NCBI GenBank assembly: GCA_001873285.1
Contig: MNYV01000083.1
Coordinates: forward strand, 1-41,345
Source of the DNA: Nitrospirae bacterium CG2_30_53_67
GTDB taxonomy: Bacteria > CG2-30-53-67
Direction: 5' to 3'
Length of the DNA: 41,345 nt
The first letter of the stretch is position 1. Each line of letters starts with the position of its first letter. Shown piece by piece: positions 1 to 8,309 of this stretch. The notes under the pieces were generated by a model. It was not told where the DNA came from, ran no database searches, and worked only from the letters and a program-made list of their open reading frames with translations. A program made the translations under genes and the position numbers.

Positions 1-15
1 GGTCAGCTTGGTCAT
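1..15 (-). CDS. Probable first codons (MTKLT) of the next gene, expected to be the 2-oxoacid:ferredoxin oxidoreductase beta subunit; runs off the window edge
   Basis: ATG at 15-13 with an AAGGAG RBS just upstream, directly after the alpha-subunit stop; gamma-delta-alpha-beta is the usual order. Only 5 codons are visible. Confidence 0.45.
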
Positions 16-29
16 GATAGGCTCCTTGT

Positions 30-1211
30 TCAGTTTCGTACCGTCATATACTCGGCCAATGTTTCGATCTTCCCGGTCTCGGATATCTTCAGAAGTTCCT
101 GAAAGACGTCCCTGACATGCTGGAGTCCCAGGTCTCTTCCTCCAAGTCCGAAGATCTTGTTGATCATCAGAGGCCGCGCGGCTGCGTCATAGAGGGCCGA
201 TCGGAACTCAGAAAAGAGCGGACCGCTCAAACCATTGACGCCGTCGGCGCGGTCCATCACGCAGACCGCTTTCAAGCCTGAGAGCGCCTGGGCGATCTCG
301 TCTGCCGGGAAGGGACGAAAAACCCTGGGCTTCAAAAGTCCTGCCTTGATCCCCTTGACGCGCAGTTCATCCACCACGGCCTTGACCGTGCCGGCTGCGG
401 AGTTCAACACCACGACGGCGACTTCCGCATCATCCAGGCGGTAGGCCTCAAATAGACCGTATTGCCTTCCCGAGATCTTGCCGAACCTTTCGGCGATCTC
501 CAGGATGACGGGCTTGGCGTTCTTCATGGCCTCATACTCCTGCCGTTTGTGCTCGATATAGTAGTCCTGAAGGTCCAGAGGACCGTAGGTCATGGGGTTA
601 TCCACGTCAAGGAGAGGACGGTTGGGGATATATTCCCCGATGAAATCCCGGACCACCTTGTCATCGAGAAGTTCCATGCTCTCGATGGAGTGGCTGATGA
701 TGAAACCGTCCATGCCGACCATGACCGGGAGGCGGACATCCATATGTTCGGAGATACGGACGGCCTGAATCACATTGTCGTAGGCCTCCTGCGCGTTTTC
801 AGAAAATAGCTGGATCCATCCGGAATCCCTGGCCCCCATGGCATCCGATGTGTCGCCGTGGATGTTGATGGGCGCAGACAAAGCCCGGTTGGCCATAGCA
901 AGCACGATAGGGAGGCGGTTCCCTGCAGCGATGAAGAGCATCTCCCACATGAGGGCGAGCCCCTGCGAAGAGGTGGCGGTCATGACCCGGCCTCCTGCCG
1001 CGGCCGCACCGATGCATGCGCTCATGGCGCTGTGCTCGCTCTCGGCCGGCACCAGAACGGTTTTGACCTCACCGTCGGCTACAAAGCTGGAAAACTGCTG
1101 CATGATCTCCGTGGACGGGGTAATCGGGTAGGCGGCACAGACGTCGGGGTTGATCTGCCGCATCGCGTTGGCCACGGCGATGTTTCCTGTCATTGCTACT
1201 TTCTGTCCCAT
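30..1211 (-). CDS. porA: Pyruvate/2-oxoacid:ferredoxin oxidoreductase alpha subunit
   Basis: Motifs AAYPITPSTE, ESEHSAMSAC, TATSSQGL, NRALSAPINIHGD, RPFP, GLGGRD. Start moved from 1238 to ATG 1211 because an AGGAG RBS precedes it. Confidence 0.93.
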   Translation of the reverse strand: MGQKVAMTGNIAVANAMRQINPDVCAAYPITPSTEIMQQFSSFVADGEVKTVLVPAESEHSAMSACIGAAAAGGRVMTATSSQGLALMWEMLFIAAGNRLPIVLAMANRALSAPINIHGDTSDAMGARDSGWIQLFSENAQEAYDNVIQAVRISEHMDVRLPVMVGMDGFIISHSIESMELLDDKVVRDFIGEYIPNRPLLDVDNPMTYGPLDLQDYYIEHKRQEYEAMKNAKPVILEIAERFGKISGRQYGLFEAYRLDDAEVAVVVLNSAAGTVKAVVDELRVKGIKAGLLKPRVFRPFPADEIAQALSGLKAVCVMDRADGVNGLSGPLFSEFRSALYDAAARPLMINKIFGLGGRDLGLQHVRDVFQELLKISETGKIETLAEYMTVRN

Positions 1212-1257
1212 GGGTTCTCCTTTGTCTTCCTTATTCATCGTTATCTAACGTTCTACC

Positions 1258-1548
1258 CTATTTCCCTTCCTGCGCCATGGTGATGGCCTGAACCTTCTTT
1301 GGACAAACATCGGCACAGGCTCCGCATCCCTTGCAGTGTTTGTAGTTGAAGCCGGTCATCTTTTCGTCTTTGACAATGATGGCCGAGTCCGGACAGGAGA
1401 TCCAGCAGATCAGGCAGTGTATGCACTTGTTTTCGTCCAGGACCGGTTTGAAGGTCCGCCACCCGCCGGTGGTATATTGGTCGGCGTTTCCGGCCTCTTC
1501 GATGACCCCTCCCATGGGGATTTCTTTCCAGCTTTTAAGTTCGCTCAT
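1258..1548 (-). CDS. porD: Pyruvate/2-oxoacid:ferredoxin oxidoreductase delta subunit (2[4Fe-4S])
   Basis: TGGWRTFKP plus CxxCxxCxxxCP twice (CIHCLICWISCP, CKGCGACADVCP); 4-nt overlap with the gamma subunit. Confidence 0.92.
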   Translation of the reverse strand: MSELKSWKEIPMGGVIEEAGNADQYTTGGWRTFKPVLDENKCIHCLICWISCPDSAIIVKDEKMTGFNYKHCKGCGACADVCPKKVQAITMAQEGK

Positions 1549-2114
1549 ATTCCTTTTACCTCCTTGTAGGCCCGTTCCACGGACTCGGTGTTCCCCTGGA
1601 TGATTTTTTCCGGAAACTTTTTGCCGAGGGTCTTCTTCATATCCTTGAGCATGGTCTCGAGCGTCACCAGCCCGGTAACGCGGGCCAGCGCCCCCAGCAA
1701 GGGGGTGTTGGGAATGGGCCTTCCCAGACAGTCCATGGAAATCTGCGTTGCATCTACGGTGAAGACCTTGTCCTCCGGCCGGCCAAGTTTTTTCGCGAGT
1801 TCCTTGGGCGGATGGGTGGTGTTGATCAGAAAGACCGCGTCCTCGGGAGTCCCTTCGGTGACATCCAGTGTGTCAAGCAGGGAGCTGTCCACGACTATCA
1901 CCACATTGGGGTTGGTCACCTGGCAGTGCATGGTGAGTGGAGCGTCGCTGATCCGGTTATAGGCGCGAAGGGGGGCGCCCATCCGCTCCGGTCCATACTC
2001 CGGAAAGGCCTGCACATATCCGCCCTCGGCCATAGCGGCCTCGGCCAGGACCTTGGCCGCGGTTACGGCCCCTTGCCCGGCTCGTGCATGCCAGCGTATT
2101 TCAGTCATACCCAT
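1545..2114 (-). CDS. porC: Pyruvate/2-oxoacid:ferredoxin oxidoreductase gamma subunit
   Basis: EIRWHARAGQGAVTA, FPEYGPERMGAP, PNTPLLGA motifs; AGGAG RBS. Confidence 0.92.
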   Translation of the reverse strand: MGMTEIRWHARAGQGAVTAAKVLAEAAMAEGGYVQAFPEYGPERMGAPLRAYNRISDAPLTMHCQVTNPNVVIVVDSSLLDTLDVTEGTPEDAVFLINTTHPPKELAKKLGRPEDKVFTVDATQISMDCLGRPIPNTPLLGALARVTGLVTLETMLKDMKKTLGKKFPEKIIQGNTESVERAYKEVKGI

Positions 2115-2191
2115 AGTCCTTATCTCCTTTCCTTATAGAAAATTTGCCGCTCATTTCACAAACTATTTGAGAAATTAAAATTCCCCCTGTA

Positions 2192-2788
2192 TCAGAGTTC
2201 TCTCCTCCATTCCATGGCCTTGGAGAGGGTCACCTCATCCGCATATTCGAGATGCCCGCCCATGGGAATCCCGTGTGCGATCCGGCTTATTTTATACCGG
2301 TAATTCGATCGAAGAAGCTGGACTAAGTACATGACCGTAGCCTCGCCTTCAATCGTTGGGTTCGTCGCCAGGATCACTTCCTTGACCGGCTCGATTTCAA
2401 GACGGCGGACAAGGTTCTGTATGTTCAGATCCTCAGGCCCAACGGCATCGATAGGGGAAAGCGCGCCGTTTAGCACATGATACTGCCCCCGGTATTCTCC
2501 TGTCTTTTCGATGGCCATTACATCCATGGCCTCCTGCACCACGCAGATTATCGAGGGGTCCCGCTTGGGATCTTTACAGATACTGCAAAGCTCCGATTCC
2601 GCGAGATTCCCGCATCTGGAACAGAAGCGGGTCTTCTCCTTGAGTTCCTCAATGGCGCGGGCCAGCCCCAAGGCGCGCTCTTTCGGCATCTTCATTAGAA
2701 AAAAGGCAAGCCTCTGGGCGGTCTTGGACCCGATGCCGGGAAGCCGTTTCAATTCCTCGATCAGCCTGTTCAATGAGGAAGATTCCAT
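2192..2788 (-). CDS. recR: Recombination mediator RecR
   Basis: HhH LPGIGSKTAQRLA, C4 zinc finger (CSRC...CSIC), Toprim EVILATNPTIEGEAT. Start is approximate (ATG 2788); the ORF track extends to 2857. Confidence 0.95.
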   Translation of the reverse strand: MESSSLNRLIEELKRLPGIGSKTAQRLAFFLMKMPKERALGLARAIEELKEKTRFCSRCGNLAESELCSICKDPKRDPSIICVVQEAMDVMAIEKTGEYRGQYHVLNGALSPIDAVGPEDLNIQNLVRRLEIEPVKEVILATNPTIEGEATVMYLVQLLRSNYRYKISRIAHGIPMGGHLEYADEVTLSKAMEWRREL

Positions 2789-2893
2789 CACGCCCACGCC
2801 TTGTTTAAGCCGGTGATTCTCAACCCGCATAGCGGGTGGCATCAGGATGCCCCCCAAAGGGGGGCGTCCGCTATACAGAAATCGTATTTCTCA

Positions 2894-3217
2894 TTAAAAG
2901 AGTCCCGGAATCTTGATGTTGAGACCGCCCGTCAGCTTCTTCATCTCATCCTGCAGCATCTCCTTGGATTGCCGGATTCCCTCGTTCACCGCCGCCACGA
3001 TGAGGTCCTGCAGCATCTCTATATCCTCGGCATCCACGATCTCAGGCTCAATCTGTATGGAAAGGATTTCCTGCCGTCCATTGACCTTGACCGTCACCAT
3101 GCCGCCCCCGGATGAGGCCTCGATCACTTTTTTCTCGGCCTCTTCCTGAACCTGTTTCATTCTCTCCTGCATCTGCTGGGCCTGCCGCATCAATTCATTG
3201 ATCATATTGGATGACAT
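2894..3217 (-). CDS. ybaB: YbaB/EbfC family nucleoid-associated protein
   Basis: MRQAQQMQ, SGGGMVTV, DIEMLQDLIVAAVNE; AGGAGG RBS before ATG 3217; conserved dnaX-ybaB-recR order. Confidence 0.93.
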   Translation of the reverse strand: MSSNMINELMRQAQQMQERMKQVQEEAEKKVIEASSGGGMVTVKVNGRQEILSIQIEPEIVDAEDIEMLQDLIVAAVNEGIRQSKEMLQDEMKKLTGGLNIKIPGLF

Positions 3218-3231
3218 GATCGATTTCCTCC

Positions 3232-4887
3232 TTAGTGGTCGGCGCCAAAATCCCGCACATCCTGAACTTGACCCTTGAAGATCCTTAAGGCCTCCTGAAC
3301 CACATGGTTTCCAAGGTGCTCCTGTAGAAGCTCGTTCTTTTTCTCCCTCTTTAAGTCTTCCTTTTTCTCTGTCAGTGTTTTTTTCCCGGTTTCTGCGCCG
3401 TTTTGCAGGCAAAAGGTTAGGGCAAACCCCCCTTGCATCCGTCCTTTGATTATTTCGTTAATCTTTTGCTCTTTTCCCTTGGCCATGTCGTAGTGGATCT
3501 TCTTTTTAAACCCGATGACCATCTTATGAGGTTCTGCTTTTTCAAGAAATCCATGTTCCAGAATAGACCCGATCAGAGGGTTGACCGTATTCGCATGATT
3601 CACGATTTTTTCCCAATCGAACGGGGCCGGCGCCTCCTTGCCGGATTGATGACCCTGTTCAGGAACAGATCCGGCTGAACCCGTTTTTTTGACCGCCGGG
3701 TTTTGGGCCGGCGGCCGGCCGCCGCTTAAATCCCCTCCATGGAATTTCTGCTCCAGGGCTTCCAGCGTTCCCAGGATCTCCTTGAACTCCTGCAGGGGCT
3801 GAATGCGCGTCATCTTGACCAGCGCCACCTCTAATATGGTCCTCGGATGTGCTGAACGACGGAGCTCCTCTTCGGTCTTGTTCAGGTATTCAATAAAAGC
3901 AAGAAGCCGGCCCTCTTCCACCGATTCGGAAATCGGGCGGAGTTTGTCGATCTCTTCCCCTTCGATATGAATCACGGTCTTCGGGCTCTTCAGGATCTTG
4001 ATCATCAGAAGGTTTCTGAAATAGAGTTGAAGTTCCCTGCAAAACTCGACCAGATCCACACCGAGAGAATTCAGTTTTTCCACCAGATTCAATACGCGCT
4101 CAGCATCCTGTTCAATCAGGCCGATACTGCATTCGTCCAAAACCTCCGGGTCGATGATCCCCAGAACGAGTTTAATATCCGCAACCGTTATCTTGTCTCC
4201 GCAAAAAGAAAGGATCTGATCCAGCAGGCTCTGCGCATCCCGCATGCTCCCTTCGGATGCACGGGCAATCAGACGCGCCGACTCCTGGTCTATTGCAAAA
4301 CCTTCCTGTTCAGCAATCCGGAGGAGGGCCTCGGTAATCTTCTGAACAGGGATGCTTCGAAAATGAAAACACTGACAGCGTGATTGTATGGTCACGGGGA
4401 CCTTGTGCGGATCCGTGGTTGCAAAAACAAAGATCACATGGGGCGGCGGCTCCTCCAAAGTTTTGAGAAGGGCATTAAAAGCGCTTTTGGATAACATGTG
4501 CACTTCATCAATGATATAAATCTTGTACCGGGCGCTTGCCGGCGCATACAGAACATTCTCCCTGAGTTCCCGGATATCGTCCACGCCGGTATTGGATGCC
4601 CCGTCGATCTCGATCACATCGATGGAATTCCCCTGCGTGATCTCCGTGCAATGAGAGCAGATGTTGCAAGGCGAGACCGTCGGGCCTTTCTCGCAATTTA
4701 AGGCCTTGGCCAGAATCCTGGCCATGGTGGTCTTCCCCACGCCCCTCATCCCGGAAAAAAGAAAGCCGTGGGCGATTCTCTTGGATTCCACGGCATTCCT
4801 CAACGTCCGTGTGATATGCTCTTGTCCGATCACGTCTTCAAAAGACTGCGGCCGATATTTTCTTGCCAGGACTTTGTAGGACATCAC
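3232..4887 (-). CDS. dnaX: DNA polymerase III subunit gamma/tau
   Basis: YKVLARKYRPQ, Walker A GMRGVGKT, zinc-binding Cys residues, IDEVHMLS, SRC motif. Confidence 0.97.
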   Translation of the reverse strand: MMSYKVLARKYRPQSFEDVIGQEHITRTLRNAVESKRIAHGFLFSGMRGVGKTTMARILAKALNCEKGPTVSPCNICSHCTEITQGNSIDVIEIDGASNTGVDDIRELRENVLYAPASARYKIYIIDEVHMLSKSAFNALLKTLEEPPPHVIFVFATTDPHKVPVTIQSRCQCFHFRSIPVQKITEALLRIAEQEGFAIDQESARLIARASEGSMRDAQSLLDQILSFCGDKITVADIKLVLGIIDPEVLDECSIGLIEQDAERVLNLVEKLNSLGVDLVEFCRELQLYFRNLLMIKILKSPKTVIHIEGEEIDKLRPISESVEEGRLLAFIEYLNKTEEELRRSAHPRTILEVALVKMTRIQPLQEFKEILGTLEALEQKFHGGDLSGGRPPAQNPAVKKTGSAGSVPEQGHQSGKEAPAPFDWEKIVNHANTVNPLIGSILEHGFLEKAEPHKMVIGFKKKIHYDMAKGKEQKINEIIKGRMQGGFALTFCLQNGAETGKKTLTEKKEDLKREKKNELLQEHLGNHVVQEALRIFKGQVQDVRDFGADH

Positions 4888-4924
4888 GTCATCCTTTGAT
4901 TTTATTTAGGAACCTGTTTTTTTA

Positions 4925-5066
4925 CGGTCGTTGTGCGGACGAAGCGCTTTCAGGTTTCCCTGCGGCACACAAGACTCCACGCTTAGGGCTGCTCCTGTCA
5001 CGGCCTGACCCGGTTCACATGTACTCGTTGCGCAGGACCTGAACCGCTTCGCCCGCACAACGACCG
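4925..5066 (-). ncRNA. ffs: Signal recognition particle RNA (4.5S-type, about 142 nt)
   Basis: Minus strand contains the domain IV core GGUCAGG-CCG-UGAC-AGG-AGCAGCC, the upstream CGCAAC and the downstream GUGUGCCG. A 22-bp terminal stem pairs 4925-4946 with 5045-5066. It sits in the usual position upstream of dnaX. Confidence 0.88.
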
Positions 5067-5139
5067 TAAAATTTTTCTTCAAAAAATTTAATTACAATTT
5101 GCCTTAGCAGATTGCCTCTTTTTTCGCAAAGCGAAAAAA
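5067..5139 (-). repeat. Three-hairpin inter-RNA spacer repeat, copy 1 (tRNA-Ser(GGA) CCA to SRP RNA 5' end)
   Basis: + strand taaaatttttcttcaaaaaattt...caatttgccttagcagattg...ttttttcgcaaagcgaaaaaa; aligns with four other copies. Confidence 0.9.
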
Positions 5140-5227
<88 letters not shown>

Positions 5228-5300
5228 TAAAATTTTTCTTCAAAAATTTTAGCCGCAATTTGCTGAAGCAAATTGCCTCTTTTTTCGTGAAACGAAAAAA
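5228..5300 (-). repeat. Three-hairpin spacer repeat, copy 2
   Basis: taaaatttttcttcaaaaatttt / gcaatttgctgaagcaaattgc / ttttttcgtgaaacgaaaaaa. Confidence 0.9.
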
Positions 5301-5508
5301 TGGCGGAGAGAGAGGGATTGTGCTTTACCGCTCCGGAACGAAGTTCCGGAGCGCCGCACGCCCCGCTTCTCATATCCTTGCCGCCTCCGGCGGCTACAAC
5401 ATTAAGGTATCTTGGGGTCGAACCCCCGACCCCGGGGCTTCGAATCCCACCAATCCTGTCAGGGTTTCATCGCTCATTGCGTCTCTGCGTTATACCAAAG
5501 TGAGCTGC
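5301..5508 (-). repeat. tRNA-linked element: duplicated 3' end of tRNA-Ser(CGA) split in the T-loop by a 99-bp structured insert (rtT-like architecture)
   Basis: 5301-5319 is identical to 5509-5527 (19 bp including CCA). 5419-5428 (cgaacccccg) is identical to 5528-5537. The insert contains hairpins such as gctccggaac-gaa-gttccggagc and gccgcc-tcc-ggcggc. Confidence 0.75.
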
Positions 5509-5598
5509 TGGCGGAGAGAGAGGGATTCGAACCCCCGGTGGGATGAACCCACACCTGATTTCGAGTCAGGCGCCTTCGACCAGCTCGGCCATCTCTCC
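5509..5598 (-). tRNA. tRNA-Ser(CGA)
   Basis: Anticodon arm CCTGA-CTCGAAA-TCAGG, long variable arm, GGTTCGAATCC, GCCA end. Confidence 0.97.
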
Positions 5599-5677
5599 TA
5601 AAATTTTTCTTCGAAAAATATTCATTGCAATTGGTTTCAGCCAATGGCTTCTTTTTTCGCGAAGCGAAAAAATGGCG
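5599..5677 (-). repeat. Three-hairpin spacer repeat, copy 3; retains a CGCCA stub but follows tadA rather than a tRNA
   Basis: taaaatttttcttcgaaaaatatt / caattggtttcagccaatgg / ttttttcgcgaagcgaaaaaa-tggcg; overlaps the 3' end of tadA. Confidence 0.85.
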
Positions 5678-6140
5678 TAGATCTGATTCGTGAAAAAAAA
5701 TCTTTTAACAATAAACTCGCTTCTTTTTCCAAAACCCCACCTGTCACAGGGACCTGATGGTTCAGGCGAAAATCCTGCAGGATATGGTATTCAGATCCAG
5801 AGGCTCCTCCCTTTGGGTCTCTCGCGGCATAAACCAGCCGGCCGAGACGGGACTGAATCATGGCCCCTGCGCACATGACACAAGGCTCAACCGTGACATA
5901 CAGGGTTACATCGGTAAGCCGCCACCGATTCAGCATAGCTGCCGCGTCGCGAAGCGCAATGACTTCGGCGTGTGCCGTCGGATCCTTTAAGGTTTCTTTC
6001 AGATTGTACCCTCTTCCGACGACCTGATCGCCGAACACGGCTACAGCGCCGATAGGAATCTCCTGGCAGGCCGATGCCTTGTGCGCCTGTTCCAGCGCTA
6101 ACGACATATAGTACCGATCTAAGGAGTCCTGCTTTTCCAT
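5637..6140 (-). CDS. tadA: tRNA adenosine(34) deaminase
   Basis: EIPIGAV, DPTAHAE, LYVTVEPCVMCAGA, RDPKGG, LNH motifs; GGAG RBS; lies next to its substrate tRNA-Arg(ACG). Confidence 0.95.
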   Translation of the reverse strand: MEKQDSLDRYYMSLALEQAHKASACQEIPIGAVAVFGDQVVGRGYNLKETLKDPTAHAEVIALRDAAAMLNRWRLTDVTLYVTVEPCVMCAGAMIQSRLGRLVYAARDPKGGASGSEYHILQDFRLNHQVPVTGGVLEKEASLLLKDFFSRIRSTPFFRFAKKEAIG

Positions 6141-6184
6141 AAGGAGTTTATATTTATGGTTCTTCTCCCATTTAGTGGGTAAAA

Positions 6185-6359
6185 AGGGTTCGAGGATTCC
6201 AGGGTTCGAGGGGTCAAGTGTTTGTTTTCCAGTGATTTTATCAGTTTGTTATTTTGTAAATCTCCAAGCATAATTGATAAGACTTCTGTCAAACCTTTAA
6301 TTCCTTGTAGTTTTTGAGCACTTCACTTGACCCCTGGAATCCTTGACCCCTTGACCCCT
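6185..6359. repeat. Inverted arrays of degenerate 8-bp tandem repeats flanking a gene remnant
   Basis: Left 6185-6220: agggttcg aggattcc agggttcg aggggtca agtg. Right 6324-6359: cact tgacccct ggaatcct tgacccct tgacccct. The two arrays are approximate reverse complements. Confidence 0.85.
6209..6321 (-). pseudogene. Internally deleted four-helix-bundle protein gene (23S rRNA IVP family, TIGR02436-like)
   Basis: GTG 6321 reads MLKNYKELKV*QKSYQLCLEIYKIT, with TGA where the family has Trp (xKELKVWQKS). After a junction near 6245, another frame reads LIKSLENKHLTP, resembling the family C-terminus. Family identity is from recognition, not a search. Confidence 0.75.
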
Positions 6360-6409
6360 GATGTTTTCACCCGCTCTTTTGGGGATGATCCATATTTATT
6401 AATCAAACA

Positions 6410-6486
6410 TGGTGCGCCCAGCAGGATTCGAACCTGCGACCTTTGGATTCGTAGTCCAACGCTCTATCCAATTGAGCTATGGGCGC
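6410..6486 (-). tRNA. tRNA-Arg(ACG)
   Basis: GCGCCCA/TGGGCGC acceptor stem, anticodon arm TTGGA-CTACGAA-TCCAA, GGTTCGAATCC, ACCA end. Confidence 0.97.
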
Positions 6487-6562
6487 TGAAATTCTTACCA
6501 CATAAGAATTTTAATTGCCATTTGCGTAGGCAAATGGCCTCTTTTTTCGCGAAGCGAAAAAA
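6487..6562 (-). repeat. Three-hairpin spacer repeat, copy 4
   Basis: aaattctta-ccaca-taagaattt / gccatttgc-gtag-gcaaatggc / ttttttcgcgaagcgaaaaaa; compensatory changes relative to the other copies. Confidence 0.9.
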
Positions 6563-6657
6563 TGGCGGAGAGAGAGGGATTCGAACCCTCGGTAGAGCTT
6601 TAAGACCCTACACTCGCTTAGCAGGCGAGCGCCTTCAGCCGACTCGGCCATCTCTCC
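6563..6657 (-). tRNA. tRNA-Ser(GCT)
   Basis: Anticodon arm CTCGC-CTGCTAA-GCGAG, long variable arm, GAGGG-TTCGAAT-CCCTC, GCCA. Confidence 0.97.
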
Positions 6658-6734
6658 TAAAATTTTTCCTGCGTAAAAATTTTAAAACGCAATTTGCTTC
6701 AGCAAATGGCCTCTTTTTTCGTGAAGCGAAAAAA
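6658..6734 (-). repeat. Three-hairpin spacer repeat, copy 5
   Basis: taaaattttt-cctgcgt-aaaaatttta / gcaatttgcttcagcaaatggc / ttttttcgtgaagcgaaaaaa. Confidence 0.9.
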
Positions 6735-6820
6735 TGGCGGAGGAGGTAGGATTCGAACCCACGGTGCTTTCGCACAACGGTTTTCAAGACCGCCGCCTTC
6801 GACCTCTCGGCCACTCCTCC
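6735..6820 (-). tRNA. tRNA-Ser(TGA)
   Basis: GGAGGAG/CTCCTCC acceptor stem, anticodon arm GCGGT-CTTGAAA-ACCGT, GCCA; begins 8 nt after the serS stop. Confidence 0.97.
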
Positions 6821-6828
6821 TCTCTTTT

Positions 6829-8133
6829 CTATACGGCACGATCAGAATTCTTCGATTCAATCCTCTCAAGGCCGTTCATATAAGGACGGAGCAGATCGGG
6901 TATGATGACGCTGCCATCCTTTTGCTGGTAATTTTCAAGAATAGCGACCAATGTTCTCCCTACGGCCAATCCGGAGCCGTTCAGGGTATGGACCAGCTCC
7001 GGCTTTGCGCCGGAAACCGGCCGATAACGGATCGATGCCCTGCGGGCTTGAAAGTCCTCATAATTGCTGCATGAAGAGATCTCCCGGTAGGCATTCTGCC
7101 CCGGCAGCCAAACCTCGATGTCATAGGTCTTAGAAGCAGCAAATCCGATGTCTCCTGTGCAGAGGGTCACGACGCGGTAGTGCAGGCCAAGACGTTTCAG
7201 GATATCCTCTGCATCCTCAAGAAGCCTTTCCAGCTCCTGATAGGAATTCTCGGGCTCCACCAGTTTGACCAATTCAACCTTGTTAAACTGGTGCTGTCGA
7301 ATCAGGCCCCGGGTGTCTTTCCCGTAGGATCCGGCTTCCCGCCGAAAACATGGAGTATAAGCGGTAAAATAGATGGGGAGCCGGCCCGGCTCCAGGATCT
7401 CCTGGCTATAAATGTTTGTCACCGGGACTTCCGCCGTAGGAATCAGAAAAAAATCCTCGTTCTCATCCTTGAATACACGAAAAAGATCCTCTTCAAACTT
7501 AGGCAGTTGTCCGGTTCCGGTCATGGTCGCCCGGTTGACCATAAAAGGGGGAAGGATTTCCTGATACCCTTTTTCCCTGGTATGGATATCCAGCATAAGA
7601 TTGATCAGCGCCCGCTCCAGAAGGGCGCCTTCGCCTTTGTACAATGTAAACCTGGCGCCGGCCAGTTTGCTCCCCCGTTTAAAATCCAGGATATCCAGTT
7701 TTTCACCAATATCCCAATGGGCCTGGGGAGGAAAATCAAATTCCGGCGGCTTTCCCCATCTTTTCACTTCCGGATTGTCTTCTTCGCCCTTCCCTTCCGG
7801 AACCGAGGGGTGCGGGAAATTCGGTATCCTAAGCAGGATTTCCTGTGTGGAGGCCTCGACTTCCACCTTTTTTTTCTTCAGATCCTTAATCTCCGCCGAG
7901 ACATCCTTCATCTCCTCCTGCAGCGAGGAAGATTCTTTGTTCTCCCTCTTGAGCCGGCCGATTTTTTTTGAAACCACATTGATCTTGTGCTGTATTTCCT
8001 CAAGTCGGGTCCTAATGCGGCTGTTTTCCTGGTCCAGTTGGACGAACTGGTCCAGAGAAAACGGCTCTCCCCGACGAGCTGTCATCTGCTCAATGGCTTC
8101 AATATTGTTTCTCACAAACTTTGCATCAAACAT
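6829..8133 (-). CDS. serS: Serine--tRNA ligase
   Basis: N-terminal coiled coil, [63 protein letters not shown]. Confidence 0.98.
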   Translation of the reverse strand: MFDAKFVRNNIEAIEQMTARRGEPFSLDQFVQLDQENSRIRTRLEEIQHKINVVSKKIGRLKRENKESSSLQEEMKDVSAEIKDLKKKKVEVEASTQEILLRIPNFPHPSVPEGKGEEDNPEVKRWGKPPEFDFPPQAHWDIGEKLDILDFKRGSKLAGARFTLYKGEGALLERALINLMLDIHTREKGYQEILPPFMVNRATMTGTGQLPKFEEDLFRVFKDENEDFFLIPTAEVPVTNIYSQEILEPGRLPIYFTAYTPCFRREAGSYGKDTRGLIRQHQFNKVELVKLVEPENSYQELERLLEDAEDILKRLGLHYRVVTLCTGDIGFAASKTYDIEVWLPGQNAYREISSCSNYEDFQARRASIRYRPVSGAKPELVHTLNGSGLAVGRTLVAILENYQQKDGSVIIPDLLRPYMNGLERIESKNSDRAV

Positions 8134-8172
8134 GCGGAAACCTGTCTCAAGATGAAAAAAATGGGAAATTGT

Positions 8173-8201
8173 ACGTTATCATCCTGATGAAATGAAGTCA
8201 A
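8173..8201 (-). promoter_or_regulatory. Candidate sigma70 promoter for the serS-tRNA operon
   Basis: TTGACT-N17-TAACGT on the minus strand, 40 nt upstream of the serS ATG. Confidence 0.45.
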
Positions 8202-8309
8202 ATTATTTTCAGGTATGCCTTCTTGAAAACCGATTTTATCCCATGACACCCGAAAGTCCCGGGCTTCCCCGGCTCCGCATGGCCTCACGGACGTGCGGGT
8301 TGCAGGGGG

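Noticed and set aside
3370..3700. A-runs in dnaX as a programmed -1 frameshift or slippage site producing gamma
   Set aside because: I found no in-frame A_AAA_AAG heptamer and the A-runs are at most 8 nt, so it cannot be supported without data.
6289..6291. In-frame TGA at a Trp position as evidence of recoding
   Set aside because: Many intact genes here end in TGA, and this fragment also has a frameshifting deletion, so ordinary pseudogenisation explains it.
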